From: Eledone cirrhosa
Taxonomy: Eukaryota
Length of the DNA stretch: 64,000 nucleotides
Assembly (NCBI GenBank): GCA_964016885.1
Contig: OZ024752.1
Span: 30,194,001-30,258,000, forward strand
Direction of reading: 5' to 3'
Shown here piece after piece: positions 1 through 18,237 of this stretch (positions are counted from its first letter, which is position 1; the number at the start of each line of letters is the position of its first letter). The position numbers were made by a program, and so were the translations under genes. The notes below the pieces were generated by a model, which searched no databases, was not told where the DNA came from, and saw only the letters and a program-made list of their open reading frames with translations.

Positions 1-1
1 T

Positions 2-625
2 AGGAGCAAATTTTGGAATAGAATAGAAAGAACTAAGAACAAGGCCAATAGAATAAACTCATGGTATGATAGCAATAAATACCAGAGTGTAATGTTCATC
101 AATACAACCCCTAGAGGTGAACTAGCCTACAAATTTAGAAGGGCCCTAAAGAAACATAATCTCAATATTAAGATAGTAGAAAGACCTGGTACCTCCGTAA
201 AAACACTTATTAGCAAGACATACCCGTTCCAAAGACCCTCATGTATAGATAAGAAATGTATAACCTGTAAAATAAGCCCCCATATTAACTGTAAAACTAG
301 AAATGTAGTATATAGCATAAGATGTACTGAGGGACAATGTAGAAACAAAAATATAGTGTACATAGGTGAGACAGCTCGTAGTATAGGGGAACGAATAAAT
401 GAACACTGGCGAGACCTCCAAGATAGTAAAGAATCATCTGTGCTCTACCAACATGCTAAGATAGAACACAGGGGTAAATTAGAGAGCATAGAAATAAAAA
501 TAGAATCCACACACAAGAAAGACGCAATGTTTAGGCAAATTACAGAGGCAGTAAGCATAAAAGAATTAAAACCAAAATTAAATAGAAAATATGAGTGGAA
601 CAGCAACATCACAACTTACAATTAA
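2..625 (+). CDS. C-terminal linker plus GIY-YIG endonuclease of a Penelope-like element (Neptune-like); frame open to the window edge
   Basis: VVYSIRC...YIGET(AR)SIGERINEH GIY-YIG motif, CxxC linker, HAKIEH, RQITEAVSI...PKLN; upstream WY...Y.SV.F..TP.GEL linker. Confidence 0.92.
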   Translation, partial: RSKFWNRIERTKNKANRINSWYDSNKYQSVMFINTTPRGELAYKFRRALKKHNLNIKIVERPGTSVKTLISKTYPFQRPSCIDKKCITCKISPHINCKTRNVVYSIRCTEGQCRNKNIVYIGETARSIGERINEHWRDLQDSKESSVLYQHAKIEHRGKLESIEIKIESTHKKDAMFRQITEAVSIKELKPKLNRKYEWNSNITTYN

Positions 626-819
626 GGACAAAATGAAAACACACACACACATATATAAACAACTTACAATTGAAAACACACACAAAATGAAAACACACAC
701 AAGACAAAATGAAAACACACACACACATAGAACAAACAACCAACCAACAATAAATAAATAAATAAACAAACAAATATAAATAGAAAAATAGAAAAATGAA
801 CACAAACACACACAGACAC

Positions 820-852
820 CCGGATGTGGCGCATGCGCAAACTGAGCACGCA
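820..852 (+). promoter_or_regulatory. Candidate promoter motifs (ETS-like CCGGATGT, NRF1-like GCGCATGCGC) upstream of the pLTR
   Basis: Motif match only; GC-rich island within an AC-rich UTR. Confidence 0.35.
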
Positions 853-920
853 ACCCACACACAAACAAAATGCGTAGGATAGAAGAAAGGAAAGGCACAG
901 AAACGAAGAAAGAAATCCCC

Positions 921-965
921 AGTCACTGAAGAGGTCACAGAGTGTGTGACGAAAGAACTATGACT
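921..965 (+). ncRNA. Minimal type-I hammerhead ribozyme
   Basis: agtca-CTGAAGA-g-gtcaca gagtg tgtgac-GAAA-gaac-TA-tgact: stems I and II pair, core intact. Confidence 0.8.
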
Positions 966-1179
966 ATATATATATAAACAACTATCTGGTTGTGGAACCA
1001 ACCAACCAACCAGAAATTTATAAATTTGTAAATTTATAAATATATATTAAATTAAATTGAAGTGAAAGCAACTGGTGCGTGTGTTTCTTATTGGCAACAT
1101 GACCCTCCAAAGTATAACAATATCGGTTTCAACACACGATTTCAGATAAAGAATCTTGCTAAACAAATTCAGAAACGAC

Positions 1180-1266
<87 letters not shown>

Positions 1267-1341
1267 CATATATATATACATATATATATATACATATATA
1301 TATATACATATATATACATATATATATGTATATATATATAC

Positions 1342-1372
<31 letters not shown>

Positions 1373-1408
1373 CATATATATATATACAATATATATATAT
1401 ATATACAT

Positions 1409-1454
<46 letters not shown>

Positions 1455-1455
1455 C

Positions 1456-1488
<33 letters not shown>

Positions 1489-1553
1489 CATATATATATA
1501 CATATATATATACATATATATATATACATATATATATACATATATATATATAC

Positions 1554-1600
<47 letters not shown>

Positions 1601-1615
1601 CATATATATATATAC

Positions 1616-1650
<35 letters not shown>

Positions 1651-1749
1651 CATATATATATACATATATATATACATATATATATACATATATATATACA
1701 TATATATATACATATATATATATACATATATATATACATATATATATAC

Positions 1750-2172
<423 letters not shown>

Positions 2173-2211
2173 ACATATATATATATATACATATTATATA
2201 TATATATACAT

Positions 2212-2281
<70 letters not shown>

Positions 2282-2361
2282 GTATATATATATGTATATA
2301 TATATATGTATATATATATATATGTATGTATATATATATATGTATATATATATATAGTATG

Positions 2362-2393
<32 letters not shown>

Positions 2394-2423
2394 TGTATAT
2401 ATATTTATGTATATATATATATG

Positions 2424-2455
<32 letters not shown>

Positions 2456-2459
2456 TGTA

Positions 2460-2656
<197 letters not shown>

Positions 2657-2672
2657 TATATATATGTATATG

Positions 2673-2799
<127 letters not shown>

Positions 2800-2811
2800 T
2801 ATATGTATATA

Positions 2812-2910
<99 letters not shown>

Positions 2911-2915
2911 CTATA

Positions 2916-3275
<360 letters not shown>

Positions 3276-3280
3276 TATAG

Positions 3281-3312
<32 letters not shown>

Positions 3313-3314
3313 TA

Positions 3315-3386
<72 letters not shown>

Positions 3387-3393
3387 TATATAC

Positions 3394-3626
<233 letters not shown>

Positions 3627-3627
3627 G

Positions 3628-3811
<184 letters not shown>

Positions 3812-3836
3812 CATATATATATACATATATATATAC

Positions 3837-3881
<45 letters not shown>

Positions 3882-3898
3882 CATACATATATACATAC

Positions 3899-3929
<31 letters not shown>

Positions 3930-4104
3930 CATATATATATACATATATATATATACATATATATATATATTACATATATATATATACATATATATATACA
4001 TATATATATACATATATATATATATATATTATATATATATACATATATATATATACATATATATATATACATATACATATATATATATACATATATATAT
4101 ATAC

Positions 4105-4252
<148 letters not shown>

Positions 4253-4265
4253 CATATATATATAC

Positions 4266-4296
<31 letters not shown>

Positions 4297-4351
4297 CATA
4301 TATATATACATATATATATATACATATATATATATACATATATATATATAC

Positions 4352-4552
<201 letters not shown>

Positions 4553-4567
4553 CATATATATATATAC

Positions 4568-4630
<63 letters not shown>

Positions 4631-4631
4631 C

Positions 4632-4884
<253 letters not shown>

Positions 4885-4888
4885 TATG

Positions 4889-5060
<172 letters not shown>

Positions 5061-5077
5061 TATATATATTTATATGT

Positions 5078-5204
<127 letters not shown>

Positions 5205-5210
5205 TATATG

Positions 5211-5348
<138 letters not shown>

Positions 5349-5350
5349 CA

Positions 5351-5633
<283 letters not shown>

Positions 5634-5638
5634 TATAG

Positions 5639-5709
<71 letters not shown>

Positions 5710-5719
5710 CATAGATATA

Positions 5720-5877
<158 letters not shown>

Positions 5878-6046
5878 TTTGTGCGAGGTTTTTTATATGA
5901 AATCGTGTGTCGAAACAGATATTGTTATATTTGGGGAGGGTCATATTTGCGTAATATTGCCAGAATTAATAACAGAACACAGAGTGTGTTCTGTTATTAA
6001 TTCTGGCAATATTACGCAAATATGACCCTCCCCAAATATAACAACA
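5878..6046. mobile_element. Fold-back fragment of a PLE pLTR/ORF start ([21 protein letters not shown]) inside (TA)n
   Basis: ~60-bp perfect inverted arms; homologous to 1099-1175 and 22080-22190. Confidence 0.8.
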
Positions 6047-6085
6047 TATATATTATACATATATATATATATATACATATATATA

Positions 6086-6130
<45 letters not shown>

Positions 6131-6146
6131 TTACATATAGTATATA

Positions 6147-6219
<73 letters not shown>

Positions 6220-6287
6220 ATATATATATGTATATATACATAGTATATATATATATATATATAATACATATATATATATATATATAT

Positions 6288-6380
<93 letters not shown>

Positions 6381-6416
6381 ATATATATATATAATATATA
6401 TTATATATAATATATA

Positions 6417-6452
<36 letters not shown>

Positions 6453-6488
6453 ATACATATAATATATAATATATATATATATATATAC

Positions 6489-6521
<33 letters not shown>

Positions 6522-6553
6522 CATATATAATATACATACATATATACATACAT

Positions 6554-6585
<32 letters not shown>

Positions 6586-6598
6586 CATATATATATAC

Positions 6599-6643
<45 letters not shown>

Positions 6644-6644
6644 C

Positions 6645-6699
<55 letters not shown>

Positions 6700-6885
6700 C
6701 ATATATATATATATACATATACATATATATATATATACATATATACATTATACATATATATATATACATATACATATATAATTATATACATATATATATA
6801 TACATATACATATATATATATACATATATACATATACATATATATATATACATATACATATATATATATACATATATATATATAC

Positions 6886-7044
<159 letters not shown>

Positions 7045-7145
7045 CATATATATATACATATATATGTATATACATATATATATATATACATATATATATA
7101 CATATATATATATATACATATATATATATACATATATATATATAC

Positions 7146-7573
<428 letters not shown>

Positions 7574-7606
7574 CATATATACATATATACATATATACAT
7601 ATATAC

Positions 7607-7671
<65 letters not shown>

Positions 7672-7690
7672 CATATAAATATATATATAC

Positions 7691-7741
<51 letters not shown>

Positions 7742-7770
7742 CATATATAATATATACATATAATATATAC

Positions 7771-7885
<115 letters not shown>

Positions 7886-7901
7886 ATATATATATATATA
7901 C

Positions 7902-8018
<117 letters not shown>

Positions 8019-8061
8019 CATATATATATATACATATATATATATACATATATAATATACA

Positions 8062-8111
<50 letters not shown>

Positions 8112-8307
8112 CATATATATAATATATATATATATATATATACATATATATATACATATATATATATACATATACATATATATATATACTTATATACATA
8201 TACATATATATATATACTTATATATATATATACTTATATATATATATACGTATATATAAATATATATACATATATATATATATATACATATATATAAATA
8301 TATATAC

Positions 8308-8430
<123 letters not shown>

Positions 8431-8453
8431 CATATATACATATATATATATAC

Positions 8454-8488
<35 letters not shown>

Positions 8489-8559
8489 CATATATACATA
8501 TATATATATACATACATATATATATATACTTATATATATATATACATATATATATATAC

Positions 8560-8590
<31 letters not shown>

Positions 8591-8638
8591 CATATATATA
8601 TATACATATATATATACATATATATATATATACATATA

Positions 8639-8697
8639 AGGGCGGTGCCCCAGCATGGCCTCAGCCGGATGGCTGAAACAGGTAAAAGAGTAAAAGA

Positions 8698-8699
<2 letters not shown>
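8639..8699 (+). mobile_element. SINE/LINE 3' tail fragment (ggcggtgccccagcatggcc...gtaaaaga repeats)
   Basis: Second copy at 20876-20935. Confidence 0.65.
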
Positions 8700-8740
<41 letters not shown>

Positions 8741-8753
8741 CATATATATATAC

Positions 8754-8836
<83 letters not shown>

Positions 8837-8850
8837 CATATATATATACA

Positions 8851-10688
8851 CTGGCTCTACTGTTGGCCCTCTAATTGATGAAAATGGCACTCTTCAAGAC
8901 AATGCTAAAACCATGATTGAGATACTGCAGAAACAATACTGCTCTGTTTTCAGCAATCCTGATATGGCCGATCTGGGCTGTATCGGCGATGTTACTCCCC
9001 ATTACACCTTATCGGACATAACGTTTGGCGCCCCTGATGTCTTGGCGGCAATAAAGGAAATCAAGCATAATTCAGCAGTAGGTCCCGATAGGTTCCCTGC
9101 TTGTGTCTTGAAGGCGTGTCAACACCAACTTTCTTCTCCTCTTGCCAATCTGTGGCGGAACTCACTGGATGCTGGATATGTGCCAGAAAACCTTCTATCC
9201 CAGTCTGTTGTCCCAGTTTTCAAAAAGGGAAACAAATCCCTTGCCGTGAATTACCGTCCAATCTCACTCACCTCTCATATCATTAAGGTATTTGAGCGAG
9301 TGGTGAGATCGCGAATGACCCACTTCCTTGAGAGTAACAATATGCTGAACTCCAACCAGCATGGATTCCGTAATGGAAGGGATTGCCTGACGCAACTACT
9401 GCATCACTTTGATGACATTTTGAGAGCCCTGGGAGAGGGTTCCAACACTGATGTTATCTACCTTGATTTCAGCAAGGCCTTTGACAGGGTTGATCATAAC
9501 ATTCTACTGAGAAAGCTGTCCAATATTGGTGTCACTGGAAAGCTGCTGCAGTGGATCAAGAGCTTCCTGTCAAACAGAACCCAACATGTTGTAGTTGAGG
9601 GAGTCAAATCAAGCCCAGCCAAAGTCAGTAGTGGAGTCCCACAAGGCACTGTGTTGGGCCCACTTCTCTTCATCATCTATATTAATGACATCACTGACAT
9701 CATCAAACACAGCAACATTAAAATTTTCGCTGATGATTCCAAGCTCCAAAAGGTCATCAATGGCGTGGATGACCGGATAAGCCTTCAGTCAGACCTACTG
9801 GCTGTTACCCAATGGGCAGAAAAGAACAACATGTTACTGAACGAAGACAAATTCGAACTGATCCACTTTGGAAAAGAGGATGCTCTGAAACTCCCATACT
9901 CCCTTCCCTCCGGGGAAACTCTCGTGGCATCTAACAACATCAGAGACTTGGGAGTAACCGTGGACAGCAACATAAGCTGGACCACGCATATAAGCAGCAA
10001 AGTTGACATGGCCCGCAGAATGTGTTCCTGGATCCTCAGAACCTTCCAGTCGAGAGATTCCCGCACCATTATCCTTCTCTTCTCTACTTTCGCCCGACCA
10101 CACCTTGAATACTGTTGTCCACTGTGGTCTCCCCACACGAAACAAAGTATCATGAAACTTGAAGCTCCTCAAAGGGCAATCACGAAAAAGATAGATGGCA
10201 TGTCAGACCTTGACTACTGGGGTCGATTGGAAAACCTGAAACTTTACTCACTCCAACGTCGCCGTGAGCGTTATATTATCTGCATGATGTGGAAAATGTT
10301 CCATCATCACTGCCCAAATGATGTTGGCATCGCCTTCAAGATACACCCAAGGCTTGGGCCCCGTGCTATCCGTCCCATTCAAAAATCTAAATCGCAACTC
10401 ATAACAACAATACGGCACAATTATTTCACCTCAATCGGCCCTGCTCTCTTCAACATCACACCAGGACACGTCAAAACAGAAACTGACCACACAAAATTCA
10501 AGAAGTCTTTGGACAAATTCCTCCAAGTAATCCCGGACAAACCACCCACACCCGGATATGTCTCCGCAAACAGTAATTCTCTTCTCGAATGGGCCATGGT
10601 GCCCAAATCCTGAATTGAAAGACTTCGCCAGGTGGTGCTATTAAGTTAGACATGGCCTGGGCCAATACTGGCCAAAACATTTCAAAGT
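8851..10688 (+). mobile_element. 5'-truncated CR1/L2-group LINE; uninterrupted RT ORF 8913-10613
   Basis: [46 protein letters not shown] motifs. Confidence 0.93.
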
Positions 10689-12200
<1,512 letters not shown>

Positions 12201-12441
12201 AATTGAAATAGAAATGAAGGAATCCACTTAAGTCATATATATATATCTCAAGATATGGATAAGCTCAATGTATTTTAATTATCAGTAATTATTTTTATTG
12301 TTAATTATTTATAGACTAATTGTATAATTATCTGCATTAATTTGAAACTTGTGTTGAAAAATAAATCAATTGTAATCTTTGGTTGACTTTACAAACTGGA
12401 AAAGGGAAAGCAAACGTTAAAATGACAATGATGATGATATA

Positions 12442-12475
<34 letters not shown>

Positions 12476-12490
12476 CATATATATATATCA

Positions 12491-12677
12491 TGTGGATTGG
12501 TAGAGTTGGTAGAGGGTCGGACACCATGCTTTCCAGCAGAGTTACGTCCCTTTACGGTCTGAGTTCAAATCCCGCCGAGGTTGACTTTGCCTTTCATCCT
12601 TACGGGGTCGATAAAATAAAGTACCAGTAATGCACTGGGTAATTGCTGGCCTTGTGCCTAAAGTAGAAACGATTATT
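12491..12677 (+). mobile_element. tRNA-derived SINE
   Basis: Box B GAGTTCAAATCCC; five or more near-identical copies in the window. Confidence 0.85.
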
Positions 12678-12862
12678 TAATATAGAAATAGCTTCTATAG
12701 GACTAGAACTGTTTCATTCATATGTAATTTTTAGGAAGTCTGAAAGAAGCCATTTCTATATTTAAAAAATTATGTTTACACTCGACTAATGTTTCGAGTA
12801 CCTTTTTTAACTGTGGTTACCTCTAATTTCACCCGGAATCTATATATATATAATAGTAATAT

Positions 12863-13048
12863 TAATTGTTTCTACTTTTGGCACAAGGCCAGCAATTATC
12901 CAGTACATTACTGGTACTTTATTTTATCGACCCCATAAGGATGAAAGGCAAAGTTAACCACGGTGGGATTTGAACTCAGACCGTAAAGGGACATAACTAT
13001 GCTGGAAAGCATGGCATCTGACTCTCTACCGATACTGCCAATCCACAA
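12863..13048 (-). mobile_element. tRNA-derived SINE (same family, inverted)
   Basis: Reverse complement of 12491-12677. Confidence 0.85.
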
Positions 13049-14080
13049 TGAGAGTAAATTTTATTCATATTTCATTTCCTTATTTTATACAGAAATATTT
13101 TGTGTAAACCCATATTAATGATATTGAAAACTATGTAAAAATTCAACTTTAGTGTTAATATTTTAAAAACTTGTGCTTAACTTTAACATAAATTAGAAGA
13201 TTTGCATAACCAACTTTTTCCATTCAATGTGGTTAATTTAAGAGTTGAAAGTACCTATGAAAAGATGACAGTCAGTTATTTCCTATACAAAATTCAGTTT
13301 TCTCTCATAATTCCAATAACTACCTCATTCCAACTTATTCCACCATCAGCACCACCACGCCCGCCTTCTCTTTCTAATTGTCAGCAACCACTAAGTTATA
13401 TATTTCTTTTCTTCCACTTCATTCTTAGCACATGTTCACTCATGGATATCAGTTTCTTCATTGCCAACAGCATTAAATATATTCAACTTCTGGCTCTCTT
13501 CTCTCTCTTTTCTCTTCTTAGCTCACTGAATTTACATTATATATGTTCAGCGAATCACATACAGCTCATATCTCACAAGACTACTTCACTTATGTTCTTT
13601 CCTTGTTTATGATTTATTACTGTAATGTATAAGAAGACTTTGGCATGATTCACAGTAAATACAATTGTTACATGCAGTTATACATAAATAACAACCGGTT
13701 TACACTGATCCCATGGGTTTCCCTTGCCTCTGCTATGAATTGAGGGAATAAAAGGCAAAAATATTTGAACTTAGAATCTAAAAGGATGAAGCTAAATGCT
13801 GATAGTTCAGTGTCTCTGCCATACCAATACCCTTTAAACATTGATTTTTCACAATGATACAAGATTGCAAATTTATAAAGGAGGATTAGATTTAATTAAA
13901 TATATCCAGCATGTGACATGTACAGATTCTATTGGTCTTATGATGATGAAAGGCATTTGAACAAAGGCAGGAATTGAACTCAGAATGTAGAGATAAAAAT
14001 AGGGGCACTCTTTTGATACTGCCACTGCATGGTTTCTAATTTTACTATAAGGCACTGGAATTATTAGGGATTTAGTCTGA

Positions 14081-14102
14081 GATAGTAGTAGTAGTAGTAG
14101 TA

Positions 14103-14160
<58 letters not shown>

Positions 14161-14222
14161 AAGTAGTAGTAGTAGGTGGGAGGAAAATGGTATTTATAAC
14201 AGCAAAAGGGAGAACAGCATCA

Positions 14223-14310
<88 letters not shown>
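14081..14310. repeat. (TAG)n and (GA)n microsatellites
   Basis: Direct. Confidence 0.95.
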
Positions 14311-14316
<6 letters not shown>

Positions 14317-14566
14317 TGGCAACAAGATTGGAGGTCATGGCTGTATGCACTGAGGTGTGTTAAACAACTTATATGTAGGGAAGAAAAAGGAAGTGGGGGA
14401 AGATTTCCCATTAAAATGGTAACTGAAGAATCTTTTACAGGGGAACCTCTCTCATTCCAATGTATACTGAATCATGCATGTGCAGTTCCTTGAAACGGTA
14501 AGCTTATTGTTAAGGTTAGGACAAATGAGGAAATAAGACAAGGCTGAGCAATAGATTATATACAAA

Positions 14567-14622
<56 letters not shown>

Positions 14623-14774
14623 TAAGAGGCATATATCATAAGAATAGAGGAGAATGAACTATGATATTGGATGCCTATAGCCAAAGCAAAGCGTGCTCAA
14701 TGCTTAGAGATGCGATGTTAAATATTATAGGGGAGTTAATAAGGAGAATTAAGTGCAGAAGGAAAGCAGAGTAG

Positions 14775-15000
14775 ATATAATCAAAAATATATGGTGGAGA
14801 AAGCAAGACATTTAAAAACAAGATTTAATTTTTACACAGTGTTTCATATACATATATATGTGTATATATTCTACAGTAGAAATGCACTTATAAACTCATC
14901 AGAGAAAAATTATTGTACTTAAAGACAAAACACTGTGTAAGAATTAAATCTTGGTTTTAAATGTCTTGCTTTCTCCTCCATATATTTTTGATTGTATATA
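14775..15000. repeat. Fold-back element (~70-bp arms) containing a hammerhead-like motif at 14829-14906 (-)
   Basis: Inverted arms; minus strand ttct-CTGATGA...GAAA-cactgtg-TA. Confidence 0.6.
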
Positions 15001-15110
15001 TATATATATATATATATGCAAAAGTTCTATTTAATATTGTTGGGATACAACAAGTAAATATTTTTATAACTGATATAAAGCACTCGACAAGTTTTTGGAG
15101 TAGATATACG

Positions 15111-15447
15111 ATATTAATAAATGGAAACTATATTTATAAAACTATATTTATTTCATTATACATATTTCCGGGATACCACATTAAATTATGGTATGCCTTC
15201 ATCAGACAAAATACAATATATAACAGTTTTACAAATAGCTTTGACGTACCCTTTTAAAATACAACCATTACAGACAACCTCCAAAAGTAATGGTTGTATT
15301 TTAAAAGGGTACGTCAAAGCTATTTGTAAAACTGTTATATATTGTATTTTGTCTGATGAAGGCATACCATAATTTAATGTGGTATCCCGGAAATATGTAT
15401 AATGAAATAAATATGGTTTTATAAATATAGTTTCCATTTATTAATAT
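15111..15447. repeat. Near-perfect palindrome, ~160-bp arms and 15-nt spacer
   Basis: Direct; mirror ORFs 15121+ and 15437-. Confidence 0.95.
15346..15408 (+). ncRNA. Hammerhead-like motif (mirror copy at 15150-15212, -)
   Basis: attttgt-CTGATGA-aggcataccat aatttaat gtggtatcccg-GAAA-tatgta-TA-atgaaat. Confidence 0.65.
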
Positions 15448-15448
15448 A

Positions 15449-15822
15449 TGACATAGTCACTACTTTAAAACTGATAGCGTATGGTCTTCTAAATGTTTTT
15501 AATTAAACATATGATATATTGCCAAATATACTATACATACATTCATGTATACATCGCTATTTCAGAGCACCAATCCTAATACAATATATATATATATATA
15601 TATTAGGATTGGTGCTCTGAAATAGCGATGTATACATGAATGTATGTATAGTATATTTGGCAATATATCATATGTTTAATTAAAAACATTTAGAAGACCA
15701 TACGCTATCAGTTTTAAAGTAGTGACTATGTCACTACTTTAAAATTGATAGCGTATGGTCTTCTAAATGTTTTTAATTAAACATACGATATATTGCCAAA
15801 TATACTATACATACATTCATAT
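15449..15822. repeat. Palindrome with a (TA)n centre plus a third arm copy
   Basis: ~130-bp arms 15449-15580 / 15600-15733; left arm repeated at 15730-15820. Confidence 0.9.
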
Positions 15823-16041
15823 ATATTGTAGTAAAAACTTGGTTTAGATATCCAAGAGTTTAGAGCACTCAGTTGACAGGACAAATTATGTTTTATCAGT
15901 TACAACGGTGATATATACAAGTACCGAATGAGTCAGGTCTATCACATCAATAATGACCTCGAACCAATCATCTGTGAAACATATGTAATGTCTGTGAAAC
16001 TTTGTTATCACATACATAATTACATACCTAACTAATATATA

Positions 16042-16093
<52 letters not shown>

Positions 16094-16136
16094 CATATAT
16101 ATATATACATATATATATATACATATATATATATAC

Positions 16137-16193
<57 letters not shown>

Positions 16194-16204
16194 CATATAT
16201 ATAC

Positions 16205-16303
<99 letters not shown>

Positions 16304-16314
16304 CATATATATAC

Positions 16315-16353
<39 letters not shown>

Positions 16354-16354
16354 T

Positions 16355-17379
16355 CATCATCATCATCATCATCAGCGTTTAACGTCCGTGTTCCACGCTT
16401 GCATGGGTTTGGACGGGGGTAGTCCCACTTGAGGCAAGAGTGATTGTCTTGCTCGCATAGGACTGTCTGGCAGGTTTTCTACAGTTGGATGCCCTTCCTA
16501 ACACCAACCACATTTACAGTGTGGGTCTGGGAGGTTTTTACCGTGTTGCCTACACGGCCACATTACAGCGTGGACTGTGTGTTTTTTTGTCGTGACACCT
16601 ACACGATCTCATTTGTTTCGGCCTCGATGGCGCGGCACCAACATAACTTTACATAGAACGGGGTGGTGTGGATCGGGTGGGGGTGGTGGGACGGGGTGTA
16701 TTTGTTAGAGATGCCTACTGGCTGGAGTAGGTTTTACTATATATTTAGGTAAGGCGGGTCTTCTCTGTTACTGAGTACCGCCAAAGGTCTCGGTCCAGTG
16801 ACATTGTCTTGGAGAGGTGTAAGTGTGTGATGTCGGAGTTTATCAGCTCGTCCCAGGTTTTTCTAGGTCTGCCTATTCCGTGACTACCGTCTATCTTTAT
16901 TGCCCTGCACTTTGTTATACAGCTATCGACTTTCATGCGCATCACGTGTCCATACCAACGTAGCCTTCTCTCGAGTAAACAACATCTGATCCCTCTTATC
17001 TCTAATTTATTCCTTAGTTCGTTTATGCTTTGCCGTTCACGTATATTACTGTTACACATCCAGCGGAGCATGCAAGCTTCGTTCCTCTCTAGTCTGCGTA
17101 TATCCTCTGCACACAATGCCCAGGTCTCACTGCCATGCAGCATTGCTGTTCGTATGCAGGCATCGTACAACCTGCCTTTCATTTTTAGTGAGAACCCTTT
17201 AGCAGCTAATAGTGGTATAAGCTCTCTGAACTTTTTCCAACCAGTTCTGACTCTAGCTACAGTACTTTCAGAGCACCCTCCCCCACTGCTGATTTTATCG
17301 CCCAGGTAACGGAAGCTGTCCACTATTTCTATAGAACCCTCTGCGCAATTGAAAGAGCTAGTAGTTTGTGGGCACTTGC
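16355..17379 (-). mobile_element. 5'-truncated RTE-clade LINE with (GAT)n tail
   Basis: FRYLG, KGRLY...[24 protein letters not shown]. Confidence 0.92.
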
Positions 17380-17460
17380 TATATATATATATACATATAT
17401 ATACATATATATATATATATACATATATATACATATATATATATATATACATATATATAC

Positions 17461-17731
<271 letters not shown>

Positions 17732-17826
17732 TTAGTTAGGTATGTAATTATGTATGTGATAACAAAGTTTCACAGATGATTGGTTCAAGGTCATTATTGA
17801 TGTGATAGACCTGACTCATTCAGTAC

Positions 17827-17857
<31 letters not shown>

Positions 17858-17860
<3 letters not shown>

Positions 17861-17992
17861 CCCAAATCAAACAGTGAGTGTGTTATGTTATTATTTCTGG
17901 CAATATTATAACAATATGACCCTCCCCAAGTATAATAATATTTGTTTCGACACACGATTCCATATAAAAAACCTTGCAAAACAAATTCATCA

Positions 17993-17995
<3 letters not shown>
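17858..17995 (+). mobile_element. PLE pLTR tail / ORF start fragment
   Basis: [23 protein letters not shown]. Confidence 0.75.
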
Positions 17996-18023
<28 letters not shown>

Positions 18024-18024
18024 C

Positions 18025-18222
18025 AGAATGGAGGTGGTAAAAAACAGTTAGACCATTACTCACCAGAGTATTCAATACTTGGGGTAGTAGAGTGGGTAAT
18101 ATGAAAGATTTGGGACCTGGCATCTGAGCTCTGGCTGTTTCAACAGCTATATCCAAATTGAGTTTGGATCTAGCTGTTGAAACGACTGGAGTTCAACCAA
18201 CGGGGTCCCGAATTTTTCATAT
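18025..18222. mobile_element. Hairpin-containing non-autonomous repeat (second copy 24310-24505, opposite orientation)
   Basis: ~120-bp imperfect palindrome with ctgagctctggctgtttcaacagcta core and a shared flank. Confidence 0.65.
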
Positions 18223-18237
18223 ATATATATATATATA

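Larger units (their letters stand above)
1..1180 (+). mobile_element. 3' part of a Penelope-like element: ORF end, 3' UTR, pseudo-LTR with hammerhead, and restart of the ORF (ATG 1099)
   Basis: Partial-tandem layout typical of PLEs; 870-1180 recurs at 18238-18820. Confidence 0.85.

Noticed and set aside
12760-12835. Hammerhead 3' half on - (ctc GAAA cattag TC gag)
   Set aside because: No CUGANGA found upstream
14441-14497. Possible + strand exon (ttttacag...gtaagc)
   Set aside because: No recognisable peptide or partner exons
15920-16010. C(C/T)GAATGA...GAAA hammerhead-like text
   Set aside because: Wrong core spacing and no consistent stems
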